Positions 12,052-22,268 are shown, counted from the first letter of the stretch. The stretch is DNA of 64,000 bases from Gammaproteobacteria bacterium (GCA_963662545.2 CAXXLL010000003.1:2528001-2592000), one strand, 5' to 3'. Program-made: numbers and translations. Notes: generated from the sequence alone by a model not told the origin.

Positions 12052-12539
12052 GTTGACGCCGACGTAGCGCGTCTGGCCTCAAAAAAACCCTTCAACAATC
12101 GCGCGCAGGCATCCGCTTCGACCCCGAATTGCACTATGGCGCGATGATTCAATGCCGGGTTGTCAAGAACGTTGAGCACGCTGCCGCCGGCGCCCCACCG
12201 GTGATCGCGCGCGCCGATCACCACGCGCCCTATGCGTGCCTGTACGATGGCACCGGCACACATCGCACAGGGTTCAAGCGTGGCGTATAAGCAGGTGTCG
12301 AGCATACGGTAATTTCCGAGCTGCGAGCCCGCATGGCGGATCGCAACGATCTCGGCATGCGCTGTCGGATCATTACCGCTGATGCAGGTATTGAACCCCT
12401 CGCCGATAACGTCCTCGCCGAGAATAATGACCGCCCCCACCGGAACCTCCCCCGCCGCCTGCGCCCGTTCGGCAAGGGTCAGTGCATACCGCATCCATTG
12501 GTGATCGGCGTCGTTTTGTGAGTTGCTGGAGATACTCAT
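12048..12539 (-). CDS. tadA: tRNA adenosine(34) deaminase
   Basis: GEVPVGA, DPTAHAE, TLEPCAMC. Confidence 0.95.
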   Translation of the reverse strand: MSISSNSQNDADHQWMRYALTLAERAQAAGEVPVGAVIILGEDVIGEGFNTCISGNDPTAHAEIVAIRHAGSQLGNYRMLDTCLYATLEPCAMCAGAIVQARIGRVVIGARDHRWGAGGSVLNVLDNPALNHRAIVQFGVEADACARLLKGFFEARRATSAST

Positions 12540-12557
12540 CTATTCCCATTCAATAAC
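12540..12557 (-). other. Putative att core: guaA-like 3' end remnant (VIEWE*) at the island boundary
   Basis: Minus strand GTT ATT GAA TGG GAA TAG directly precedes the tadA ATG. IEWE* is the usual GuaA C-terminus. Confidence 0.6.
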
Positions 12558-12697
12558 ATTCAATTGATATTTCCGCATAAATTCAGTCAGTTGCAATTTG
12601 TTTGTACCCATTTTGCAATTACTATGGCTCCATTCGACACGAAACTCACCGATTTTCAAACACTTAGACTGTATCGACAACAAGGTTTGCACCACGA

Positions 12698-13991
12698 ATG
12701 GCGAAAAAACGTTCCAGCTTCATCCGTGAGGAATACGCAATACTCGGCGGTCTGTCGAAAGTTCTCAAGACCAAACAAAGCAACGTGTATCAGCTGAGGA
12801 TGAGGGTTTCCAACGAAAAAAAATACCTCCGAGAAACGCTGAAGACCCGCGATCTGGATACCGCTTTAGAACGCACCGAAAAAAGAACACTAGAAATCTA
12901 CGCAAACATCAAAGCCGGCAAGAAGATCTTCGGTGTCCATCTGGGAGAACTGGTTGGCGAGTATCTCGAATATCGACAAGAGGACGTAGCGGTCGGAAAC
13001 ATCACGTCAGGACGGCTGGTCACGGTGTCTTCCCAACTAAAACATCTTCTCAAGTTTAAGGGCGACCATCTGCGTATCGGCGAGTTAGAGAAAAACTCTT
13101 GCTTTGACTATGCGAATTGGCGGCGAGGGTTAACGCCGTCTGTAAAAGACGTAACCATCCGAAACGAGACCGCAACGATCAACGCGTTAATGAGGTTCGC
13201 TTACCGCAAAGGGTATTCGCATTTCGAAACGTTTGAGTTCCGAAAACTTCGTATTCGAACGGAAGAGACAGATCGTCGAGACACGCTCACGCTAGACGAG
13301 TACGACAACCTCGTTCGGTATCTAAGAACTTGGTGTTCGAAGAAGGCAACGGGAAAGGACAAGGTAGAACGTCTAAAACGGCTTTTGGTCCGAGACTGCA
13401 TTTTGATTGCGACCGACACGATGTTGCGCGTCGGTGAACTGTGGCAGCTACGCTGGGCAGACGTGCTCGGGTACGAATCGATCGGCAACGAGCAGAATCG
13501 TGTCGACCTCGTAAAGATAAAGGTTCGTGCAGAAACGGCTAAGAATAGGAAGTCCCGGACCGTTTTGAGTCGAGGCGGCAAGCACCTGAAACGACTATTT
13601 CAGAGAACACAGTTCCGTGACGACGACCATTATATTTTCGCGATAGCTAACGGACGTAAACGGGCTCCTAAAGAGATCTGGTACAACGCATGGAAAGAAC
13701 TAATGTCAGGAATCGGTATCGATTACAAATCACGAAACCTGACGTGGTATTCGCTACGGCACTTCGGCATAACCTGTAGGCTCCGCGCGGGCGCTAGGGT
13801 ATTCGCTACGGCACTTCGGCATAACCTGTAGGCTCCGCGCGGGCGCTAGCGTTTTCGACGTCTCAAAACTCGCGGGGACTTCCGTGAGTTTCATCGATAC
13901 GCACTACGGTCATTTCGACGACGCCATGGCAAGAGAGGTCGCATTAAAGAACTTTCGATACGGGAAAGACGGAATCGCGATCAAAGATTGA
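12698..13991 (+). pseudogene. Tyrosine recombinase/integrase, frameshifted by a 52-bp tandem duplication (possibly an artefact)
   Basis: LRVGEL, AKNRK, YSLRH. Removing one copy of 13746-13797 restores SVFDVSKLAGTS...THYGH...KD* ending at 13991. Confidence 0.85.
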
Positions 13992-14150
13992 GCGCTTCTA
14001 TTGCAAATACTTGCCGTTGGGCAACAAGGTTATCGTGATCTGTAAAGACTTGGACTCGTTCTTACAGATCGGCATCCCGGATTCAACGTTACCTGACAAG
14101 TGTCGTTGCATAAACACGGTACTGTGCACTCGGACTTAACGAGTTTTAAG

Positions 14151-14384
14151 GTCCGCTATGCCGCCGTAAGCAGCCACGTCATGCTGCACTGCAGGAGTCC
14201 GCTATCGACCCAGACTGTGTGAAAACTCAATAATACGACGTCGAAAGTAAAAAATTCCCCACCAGCATAGTAGTTAAGCACCATGAAAAGGGATCAGCAC
14301 ATCGCATTAATACACTTCCGAGTGTCGGTTCCCCACTTTTGAAAAACGCAAATAGTTTTCACACAGTCTGGACCCTGAGCAGAC
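14151..14384 (-). repeat. Composite palindromic module-boundary repeat, copy 1 (split by a miniature IS)
   Basis: GTCCGCTATGCCGCCGTAAGCAGCC, then a GCTGCACTGC spacer, then GTCCGCTATCGACC[insert]CTGAGCAGAC. Confidence 0.75.
14211..14370. mobile_element. MITE with IS1182-like ends
   Basis: TIRs CAGACTGTGTGAAAACT / AGTTTTCACACAGTCTG, flanked by a GACC 4-bp duplication. Confidence 0.8.
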
Positions 14385-14444
14385 ATCACCCGTAGTTAGG
14401 CCGAGGAGGGAGAGCGGCAGTCAAGAGGTCGTGTTGAGCGCTTG

Positions 14445-14942
14445 TCAGACATCGCCATCGTCGTTTAGCTCCCTATCTACAGCTACAACGAATTCAGGTG
14501 AAATACCGGAGACGACCGGGCTTGCTTTTTGCCACTCCTGAATAGCCAAGGGATTCTCTTTGAGAACGCCAACCAAATGTATGACGCTTATTGATTCTTC
14601 GTATCCAGCCGTTCCGTGCACTACGCTTCTGTATGATGTTGCCGCTGCAAGGAATAAATCCTGAAAGCAGATAGAAAACAGAATCTGTTCATCTTCGGAC
14701 AGTTCTTCATCGTGTCGCGCGCGGACCATGATCTTTGCCAGTTCGGGAGTACCCAGTACGGCGCGGCGCCAGTCCGAATACATTCCTACCGCAGTGGCTG
14801 TTCCTTGTTGGAACGCATGTTCAGATGTTTCTTCTACGGCTTTTCGCGTCAATCGCGTCTGAATGGATAAGTAAATTAGAGTAATGATGATCGCTATTGC
14901 GCCAACAACCTCCGCAATAGTTCCTAACGCATCCCAGTTCAT
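14445..14942 (-). CDS. Cassette protein, MNWDA family with N-terminal TM helix, paralog 1
   Basis: MNWDALGTIAEVVGAIAIIITLIYLSIQ. Starts 15 bp after an attC GTTAGGC. Confidence 0.8.
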   Translation of the reverse strand: MNWDALGTIAEVVGAIAIIITLIYLSIQTRLTRKAVEETSEHAFQQGTATAVGMYSDWRRAVLGTPELAKIMVRARHDEELSEDEQILFSICFQDLFLAAATSYRSVVHGTAGYEESISVIHLVGVLKENPLAIQEWQKASPVVSGISPEFVVAVDRELNDDGDV

Positions 14943-14957
14943 CTGTTCTCTCGTGAT

Positions 14958-15051
14958 GCCTAACGCTAAGTTAACCTGCGCTTGACGGCGGGCGACCGGA
15001 GCGGAAGCGAAGGAAGGGGGCGGTCACGTCAGGTTGCTCCGTTTGTTAGGC
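14958..15051 (-). other. Integron attC site
   Basis: Minus strand GCCTAAC-AAACGGAGCAACCTGACG...GCGCAGGTTAACTTAGC-GTTAGGC: complementary R boxes and inner L-box arms. Confidence 0.8.
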
Positions 15052-15082
15052 GGATGTTGCACTTCAAATGTGAATCTAAGCG

Positions 15083-15553
15083 TCAACGTATTTGGTAATC
15101 TGCGACTTCTAAGCCGTTAACAAACTGCTGAAACTTGGTGTCAAAATTTTTGCTTCTCAACGACCACGCTCGCTGGAGTCCTGGATGACTATAGATGGTC
15201 GAGTAATACTTAACCATTGCATCCCAACTACGAGCGTCAAGCGTTCATTCGTCGTGTTGTATATATGCTTCCTCCCAGGCCCGAAATACGCCTCCGGCAA
15301 GGATTAAGAACCGTGTTGTCTCCGCGTCGGTTAGGTCGTCGTAGCTATCAACCGAACGAGCCCATATTTCTGACATATCCTCGGTCGCGAATTTCGCAGT
15401 CACTTCGCGGAAGCCCACGGAGATGTCGTGCATTGCCGCGAGACGCGATTCCTTGTTCTGATTTCGTATCTGAGTAGCGAGATAGATAAGCGATACGATT
15501 ACTCCTCCGGCACCGAGTATTTCCGCAATTGCTCCTACAGCATCCCAATTCAT
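15083..15553 (-). pseudogene. MNWDA-family paralog 2 with an in-frame TGA at 15245-15247
   Basis: The frame continues past the stop as TLDARSWDAMVKYY...HPGLQRAW... to TGA at 15083. Confidence 0.75.
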
Positions 15554-15614
15554 AACTCAAATCCCCCGTTCTCGCCTTTTTTGCAGGATATCTGAGAAAA
15601 CTGGAACCGTGAAT

Positions 15615-15755
15615 GACTGGAACTGGCCGACTGCCGTCGTCATCAGTTAACACGTCAGTGAACGCAACACCACGACCGCTTCCGAGCGCATTGCAGACGT
15701 AACCGAGAGCAGTGCTGCACTGCCGCGATCAGGCCGGAAACGACCCACAGCAGCC
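15615..15755 (-). repeat. Composite boundary repeat, copy 2 (three sites)
   Basis: Minus strand GGCTGCTGTGGGTCGTTTCCGGCC / GTCTGCAATGCGCTCGGAAGCGGTC / GACGGCAGTCGGCCAGTTCCAGTC. Confidence 0.75.
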
Positions 15756-15821
15756 ATCAGCGCCAGCGAAGGAGGGGCGCTGTCAAGCGGGTTGGCTGCA
15801 GCGCCTTGGTATGCGGAACTT

Positions 15822-16490
15822 TCATCGATTTAATCCGAACATTAAAAAGACGAAGCTAAGGAATGCAATAGAAACCATCAAAATGAGGATGCATTGGAAT
15901 ACGAACGCTGAGTACGGCTCCATATAACCAAGCACAATCGCGCCTTCCACGACGACTGCCGTCATTCCGAGCAGGGCGAAAAGTCGCATGATCGAACGTT
16001 GGGGCTCGGGCAGCAGTTCAAGAAATAAACCGGAACGCAGCATAAACGGTATTGACACAACCCAAGCTATAACATGAGCAACAATTAGTACGCGGAATGA
16101 CCACTTCCACATATCGCCTTCATTCTCGGTAATAAGGGCGACAGTTCCCGGGATGAAGGAAGCGAACACTGCAAAAGCAGTAACGACTAAGAGCGTTGCT
16201 GCAAGCGCGACCTCCGGTCCGGTCAAGCTTTTGCCGCCGCGTAATTGTATAACCCCGATTATCCCGGTAAATCCCATAAGCGTTATCGCGATCTGCAAAC
16301 GAGAACTCCTCGTCAGACGCAACGCGGCGCGGTTACGACGGCCGCGCTCGCGGTCCAATGCGATCGGTTAGTTAATGGAACATTCCTTAAGCCGGCAGTG
16401 AAGCCGTGGATCAGGGAGTTTTCGAGGCCACAGAGGGTCTCATGCCGTCATCGCTAAAGTCTGAAAGTCTGCTGCAATCGCGGGGTCCAT
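15822..16490 (-). pseudogene. Multi-TM membrane cassette protein (paralog of 26170..26679), interrupted by a ~155-bp insert
   Basis: Likely true start MDPAIAADFQTLA at 16490, 7 bp after GTTAGGC. It joins QIAITLMGFTGIIG if ~16298-16452 is removed. Confidence 0.65.
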
Positions 16491-16654
16491 CGCTTCCGCC
16501 TAACAATAAATGGTCATCAAATTGACGCGATTAATTGTGCCATTGTGACGCATAATTATCGGTGCAAACATAACTGTGGTTGCGGTAACCGGGGATGGCT
16601 TTTTTTGCCGAGAGCCGAAGCGCTCGGCTAACGTTCCGATGAACGCAACTCCGT

Positions 16655-16726
16655 GACTGCTTACGGGGGTACTGCAGACGTAATCTAGGGCGGTGCTGCA
16701 CTGCCGCGATTAGGCCGCTGACGACC
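16655..16726 (-). repeat. Composite boundary repeat, copy 3 (other half at 17592-17605)
   Basis: GACTGCTTACGGGGGTACTGCAGAC...GTGCTGCACTGCCGCGATTAGGCCGCTGACGACC. Confidence 0.75.
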
Positions 16727-17591
16727 CAGAGTGTGTGAAAACTCGGAATGGGGAATCACGTCGAGAACTCCTCGTCAGACGCAACGCGGCGCGGTTACGA
16801 TCCAATGCGATCGGGTTAATGGAACATAGAACGGCCCCAGAAGCCGGCAGTGAAGCCGTGGATCAGGGAGTTTTCGAGGCCACAGAGGGTCTCATGCCGT
16901 CATCGCGATGAGCGTAGCGAGTAGATTCATCACGCGTTTCATGTTGTGCACGTGCAGACTCATTTCCGTACCAACGTGTTTCAGCGTGCGCATCTGGAAC
17001 GAACCCATCACGATAGAGTCTCTCCATTCCGTCTGCGGCTATTGTCCGTTTTCGGGCAGCGGGGACACGCCGAACATGGTGCTTGCCTTTCTCCAGCGAG
17101 GCCAGCAAAGATTGAAGTCGCCTAGTAAAGAGGTTATAGCGCACGCCAGCTAATTAGTCAACTCCTTCTTATCCAGGTTGCGTTCGACAGTTGCGCCCGG
17201 TCGACCTACGGACATGTGATCAATTTTTTCGGATGCCGCTGCCATTCACCCCCGTATCCACGCTGGCAAACATTTTCTTCGAAGTTGCTCTGTGCAATTT
17301 GCTTGGGAAACCCGTAATCATTGTTAAACGGTTGCTAGAGGTTGCGGCGTTCCCCGCTGCCCGATCAAATCTAAATGCACAACGGTTCGATACCGGCGCG
17401 CGGGTTCGGTGAGGCGCGATTGGGACGTGAATTTTTAAATCGGAAAATGCGAGTTCTCCGTCAGACTTCCACGTTCGCGCCTCCCGTTCCGCGAGATTGA
17501 ACCCGGTTCAGGTGGGTTATGTACGTTGGATCAACGACTCCCCAGGACCGAAAGAGTGATCTTATCTGATGCAGAGTTTTCACACACTCTG
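16727..17591. mobile_element. IS1182-like-ended non-autonomous element with a garbled interior
   Basis: TIRs CAGAGTGTGTGAAAACTC / GAGTTTTCACACACTCTG, GACC duplication. Confidence 0.7.
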
Positions 17592-17749
17592 GACCCATAG
17601 CGAACGTCCGATAGAGTCCATTCCGTCGCGGCTATTGTCCGTTTTCACATGGTGGAGCGAGGCCAGAAAGATTTCCTAGTAAAGGCTAATTAAGGTTGCG
17701 GGTTCGGGACGACAATTTTTTCGGAATTCACCCCCGTATCCACGCTGGC

Positions 17750-18173
17750 AAACATTTTCTTCGAAGTTGCTCTGTGCAATTTGCTTGGGAAACCCGTAAT
17801 CATTGTTAAATCGGAAAATGCGAGTTCTCCGTCAGACTTCGTTCGCACGGAGTGGGTTATGTACGGATCCGGGAAGCAAAAGCAGCTTCGAAAGGATTAT
17901 TCAGACTCTCTTTCTTCCATTGTGAGCCTAGCGAAGTATTACGAAACTCTTGGTGATATTGCAGCGGAAGCCGAGGATGTGGATCTTGAGCTAGCATTCG
18001 AACGATACCGCCAATCTTTTCTAATTGACGGGCGTAAACGCGTAAAAAGCAAAATAGATCACATCGCAAAGCGAGCGGGCAACCCTGAAGATACAGCTGC
18101 GAACCTTAGACCCGCACGAACACGATTCCGGACCTCAACAATCGAGTTCACGAAGTTTCTCCAGAACACCTAA
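17750..18173 (+). pseudogene. 5'-truncated hypothetical protein
   Basis: Reads NIFFEVALCNLLGKPVIIVK...PSDFV, resembling nucleoside-deoxyribosyltransferase/TIR-like C-terminal motifs. No clear start. Confidence 0.4.
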
Positions 18174-18198
18174 CGCCAGGGTGGTCCATTTGTTAGGC
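18168..18198 (-). other. Internally deleted attC-like site
   Basis: ACCTAAC...GTTAGGC with only ~17 bp between the boxes. Confidence 0.5.
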
Positions 18199-18222
18199 GG
18201 CTGTTACATTTCACTTGGAAAT

Positions 18223-18678
18223 CTAAGCATCATTTAGCAGGTTTTCGATATAGGCTCTCATCGTACTCGACACATCTTCTCGAGCGCTCGTTCCCCACCA
18301 TTCTTGAACTCCTTTTGTGCCAAACAAAAACCGGAGGTTTTTGTCGCAGCCCGCTAAGATAGCCGGTGTTGTAGCCTCCGGCGCACCGACAAGCAGTTCA
18401 TAAACCATCATGCGATCTAACATCCAGTATGAGAAAGAAATTTTCTCTTCTTCTGTAAGCTGTTCGAAGCTTTCCTGACCTCTTTTGAGAACGCCAGCCA
18501 TATACTCACTTAATGGTCCTACGTTGGATTGCGACATTCGGTCACTCAGTGCAGCAAAAGTCTGTGCCTTGACCGCGCTAGTATTCTGGCGAATTTGTAG
18601 GGCCAAGAATATTAGCGATGCAACAACGGCGAGTGCGCCAATTAGATCGGCCCAATCTGCTATGGTGCCAAAATCCAT
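18223..18678 (-). CDS. MNWDA-family paralog 3
   Basis: MDFGTIADWADLIGALAVVASLIFLALQIRQN, GVQEWW, AGGAG RBS. Confidence 0.8.
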   Translation of the reverse strand: MDFGTIADWADLIGALAVVASLIFLALQIRQNTSAVKAQTFAALSDRMSQSNVGPLSEYMAGVLKRGQESFEQLTEEEKISFSYWMLDRMMVYELLVGAPEATTPAILAGCDKNLRFLFGTKGVQEWWGTSAREDVSSTMRAYIENLLNDA

Positions 18679-18781
18679 TGAATAGTCTCCTTAATGCCTA
18701 AAAAAGCGTAGCGAACGCACCGCATTAATAATAGAGGTGCTCTAGCGACCGCCTCAGGGGTGGCTACCAAGCCTGCGGGAT

Positions 18782-18910
18782 GTCCGCACCTGGCCGACTG
18801 CTGCCGTACCCTCTCGACTCGATGCCTGAAGCTACTCGACGACCGCTATTGAGGGTACTGCAGACGTAATCTAGAACCGTGCTGCACTGCCGCGATTAGG
18901 CCGCTGACGG
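18782..18910 (-). repeat. Composite boundary repeat, copy 4
   Basis: GTCCGCACCTGGCCGACTGCTGCC ... GACCGCTATTGAGGGTACTGCAGAC ... GCTGCACTGCCGCGATTAGGCCGCTGAC. Confidence 0.75.
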
Positions 18911-19060
18911 GGAACAGTCAGCGGCAGGCTGTCTCAAATGGCGTGAGCTGTTATCCGCGTAACTACCGGCAGGTTTATTTCCAGCTCGAAACACGAGATC
19001 ATCTTCGCCTAGCCGCTCCCAGTCGCGGCCGTCAATAAAACAACACGAGAGAACTGCACC

Positions 19061-19855
19061 ATGCCCCACATCAATCGCGACGGCGTCAAAGTCTATTACG
19101 AGAGTTTCGGCCAGGGTCTGCCCATCGTCTTCCTGCACCCGTGGAGTACCAACCGGTATATCTGGACGAATCAGTTGCTCGAGTTCGCGCGCAACCACCA
19201 ATGCATAGTGGTCGATCACCGCGGCCACGGCCTGTCCGACAAACCGGCCGAAGGTTACGGCATCGGCGAGATGGCAGCGGACGTGGTCGCCATTCTCGAT
19301 GACGCCGGGATCGACCGTGCGGTACTGGTGGGCAATTCGATCGGCGGCATGGTCGCCATGCAGACGAGCCTCGATACACCGGAACGCGTTATCGGCAATC
19401 TCATTGTAAGCAGCGCTACTAATTTCGGGGCGGATGCGCCGCCGGAAATGGCGGAAGCGATGCAGAAAGACTGGCGCGGTATGTTCAGCGGCCTACTCAA
19501 ATCCGCCGTCTCCGCTAAATCCAAGGCCGAACGACCGGAGATCCTCACGTATATGGAAGGCTGCTTCCGCGTCGACGACAATTTCACTGAAGGCGTGTTC
19601 TGGGCCAGCGTGGCCGATCCGGAGGGCGTGTTCAACTGGAACATCTCCGACCGGCTCAAGGACATCAAGCAGCCCACCCTGATCATCGCCGGCGAGGAAG
19701 ACGGCGCGACCACCCCGGCCCATAATCAATTCCTGGCCGACAACATTCCCGGCGCGGAAATCAAGATGTACAAGGACGTCGCGCACTTTTGCCAGTTGGA
19801 AAAGCCGACTGTCTTCAACGAAGACTTGCGAAACTTCATCGCCAAGGTCGCCTGA
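19061..19855 (+). CDS. Alpha/beta fold hydrolase
   Basis: DHRGHGLS, GNSIGG nucleophile elbow, GEEDGAT, AHF. Confidence 0.9.
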   Translation: MPHINRDGVKVYYESFGQGLPIVFLHPWSTNRYIWTNQLLEFARNHQCIVVDHRGHGLSDKPAEGYGIGEMAADVVAILDDAGIDRAVLVGNSIGGMVAMQTSLDTPERVIGNLIVSSATNFGADAPPEMAEAMQKDWRGMFSGLLKSAVSAKSKAERPEILTYMEGCFRVDDNFTEGVFWASVADPEGVFNWNISDRLKDIKQPTLIIAGEEDGATTPAHNQFLADNIPGAEIKMYKDVAHFCQLEKPTVFNEDLRNFIAKVA

Positions 19856-20069
19856 ATCCACCCTGTCTTAACCCGCGACTTCAGCCCGGACTTACCGGCG
19901 CCGAGGTCGCAAGCGGATCAGGTGGGCGGACACCGAGACTGATTAAGATCGAACGGTGCCGCATTTGATTAGAACCTATCCTCCCTGAATTTCAGTTCCG
20001 GATTGCGGAGCCTATTCCGACACGTCCGCGTGCGAACAGCAGCTATACCGTTTCAATCAACGAAACGTG

Positions 20070-20500
20070 CTGTCATTCCTGACACCGAGGTGCCGGTCCG
20101 TCAATGGGTCGTGACCTTCCCGCATGCCTTGCGGTTTCTCTTCGCCAGCCGCCCAGGGGTCATGGGCCGGGTGTTGGCGATCGTCTACCGCACGCTGGCG
20201 ACACATCAGCGACGCAAGATGGGATATACGCACCGCCAGCACCGGCGCGGTCACCCTCATCCAACGCTTCGGCAGCGCGCTCAACGTCAATATCCACTTT
20301 CACATCCTGATGCTGGATGGTGTGTATGTCGCCACCGACAACCGACTCAGCATCAAGCGCGTGAAGGCACCCGACAAGGCCGAGCTCGAAGCCCTCGTGC
20401 GTACCATCAGCGAGCGCGTGGGTCGCCACCTCGAACGCGAGGGTCTGCTGGTTCGCGATCTGGACACGAGCTACCTCGCGCTCGAACCCCACGATGACGC
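20070..20500 (+). pseudogene. IS91-family (HUH) transposase fragment, frameshifted
   Basis: PVRQWVVTFPHALRFLFA in one frame and TGAVTLIQRFGSALNVNIHFHILMLDGVY in another. Confidence 0.8.
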
Positions 20501-20512
20501 AAAAAAACCTGG

Positions 20513-20642
20513 GCATGGCCGCTCATGGCCGACAGCCGTGGTCCTCGGTTAACACGTCACCGAACACTGCCGCACGACCGCTTATGAGGTAACTCCAGAC
20601 ATAATCCTTACCAGTGCTGCATTGCCGCGATAAGGCCGCTGA
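20513..20642 (-). repeat. Composite boundary repeat, copy 5
   Basis: GGCCGCTCATGGCCGACAGC ... GACCGCTTATGAGGTAACTCCAGAC ... GCTGCATTGCCGCGATAAGGCCGCTGA. Confidence 0.7.
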
Positions 20643-20703
20643 GCAGGGGGACGCTGACGCGCAATACAACGTGGGCAACATGTACCACAAAGGCAAAAGA
20701 GTT
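20632..20703 (+). pseudogene. Single Sel1-repeat fragment
   Basis: Translates as KAAEQGDADAQYNVGNMYHKGK. Confidence 0.65.
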
Positions 20704-20809
20704 ATGAGGGTCTACCTTCGGAATTAGCAGGTAGCGGCACCGGTCAGTGCCACTGATGTCCGATGCTGGAATGTGAGAACTGACCCTTTTGGTGACCTTT
20801 TGGATGACC

Positions 20810-20989
20810 GTGCACGCCCACGAACGCATGGAGGCCATCATCGACGCTGGCATCGGTGAGATCTCGCTGGTAAGCATCATGCCGGGCCTGCCGCAGGATA
20901 AGATACTTGATTCTTTGCGGCTCTTCGCCGCCGAGGTGATGCCGCAGTATGCGGAACCGGCGGTGAGTAAACTTCAACAGACCGGTTAG
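20810..20989 (+). pseudogene. LLM-class flavin oxidoreductase C-terminal fragment
   Basis: PGLPQDKILDSLRLFAAEVMP. Confidence 0.6.
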
Positions 20990-21045
20990 TCGCGATGCCG
21001 GGAGCTGAAGCGTGCGCCATTCGCTCGCATTCTTAGGAGGTAGCC

Positions 21046-21822
21046 ATGGACTTTACCGATAAGCGCATTGTGATCACCGGCTCGTCACGTGGCATCGGCC
21101 GAGCGGCGGCCGAAGTACTACTGGCGGCCGGCGCGACGGTCACGGTCAACGGCCGAACTGAGGCGTCGACGCGTGACGGGATCGCGGCAATGGGCGGTGG
21201 TGACCGATTGATCGCGGCGCCGGGCGATGTGGCGACCGTGGCCGGCTGCGAGGCGATCATCGGCGTCGCAGCCGAGGCCATGGGCGGGATCGACGTCCTT
21301 GTAAACGCCGCCGGCATTGCTACGTTCATCACTCTCGAAGACAGTACGGAGGCGCTGTGGGATGCGACCGTGAATACCAACTTGAAAGGCACGTTCTTCT
21401 GCTGTCGAGCGGCGCTACCGCATTTGACCGCATCCAAGGGCAACATCGTCAACGTCGGATCGGACGCGGGATTGATCGGGGAGGCGGGGCTTGCGGCTTA
21501 CGGCGCATCCAAGGGCGGCGTTATACAACTCACCCGCGCACTCGCCCTGGAGCTGGCGCCCGACATTCGGGTCAACTGTGTGTGCCCGGGCAATGTCGAC
21601 ACCGACATGCTGCGCCGCGACTACATCGATCAGGCCGACGACCCGGCCGAGGCGGAAGCCGAAATCATCGCTTCTGCGCCCTTGCAACGCATCGCTGAGC
21701 CGCTAGAGATCGGTAAGGCGATTGCCTACTTTGCGAGCGACGACGCGGTGTTCGCAACGGGATCGATCCTGTCGATCGACGGTGGCACAACCGCGTGTAA
21801 CAACGCAACGGGGGACGAATAG
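21046..21822 (+). CDS. SDR family oxidoreductase
   Basis: TGSSRGIG, VNAAG, YGASK, AGGAGG RBS. Confidence 0.92.
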   Translation: MDFTDKRIVITGSSRGIGRAAAEVLLAAGATVTVNGRTEASTRDGIAAMGGGDRLIAAPGDVATVAGCEAIIGVAAEAMGGIDVLVNAAGIATFITLEDSTEALWDATVNTNLKGTFFCCRAALPHLTASKGNIVNVGSDAGLIGEAGLAAYGASKGGVIQLTRALALELAPDIRVNCVCPGNVDTDMLRRDYIDQADDPAEAEAEIIASAPLQRIAEPLEIGKAIAYFASDDAVFATGSILSIDGGTTACNNATGDE

Positions 21823-21836
21823 GTTCTAAACCGATC

Positions 21837-22022
21837 ATGATCCCGTTTTAAGTGCTCGACCTCGCGCCGATTGTCGCGGGGAGCGATGCGGCGTAGGCCT
21901 TTCGCAACTCGGTCGGTCTCGCGCAGCGCGCCGAACGCTGGGGATATCAGCGCTACTGGTTCGCCCAGCACCACAATATGCCCGGTATCGCCAGTTCCGC
22001 CACGGCGGTGGTGATCGGCTAT
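21837..22022 (+). pseudogene. Luciferase-like monooxygenase N-terminal fragment with two in-frame stops
   Basis: [54 protein letters not shown]. Confidence 0.75.
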
Positions 22023-22047
22023 CGCCCGCGGATAGCCCGTGGATAAG

Positions 22048-22116
22048 GTCAGTTCTCACATTCCGACATCAGCGCCATCTGCGCAGTGTAGGAATGTGAG
22101 AACTGACCCTTTTGGT
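22048..22116. repeat. REP-like inverted repeat, with one arm also present at 20768
   Basis: GGTCAGTTCTCACATTCC ... GGAATGTGAGAACTGACC. GGAATGTGAGAACTGACCCTTTTGGT recurs at 20768-20793. Confidence 0.7.
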
Positions 22117-22268
22117 CTTCTTTTGGTCTTTCGCAGACCCAAAGCGGAAGTTCGGGGCTAAAGGTGGCGAATTTTTATACTCACGTCATTAGCTCAAATA
22201 AATCTGTCCCTGAAGGCTCCCCACGAATTGAAGGAGAATTCACATAAAAAATAGCCATTTAGAAAAAT

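Noticed and set aside
12698-13991. Integrase as integron integrase IntI
   Set aside because: It has a long N-terminal arm-binding-like region and no IntI-type motifs that I could recognise. An HMM check is still needed.
15245-15247. In-frame TGA as selenocysteine
   Set aside because: No Cys/redox motif context and no clear SECIS-like hairpin. A GGA-to-TGA nonsense change is more likely.
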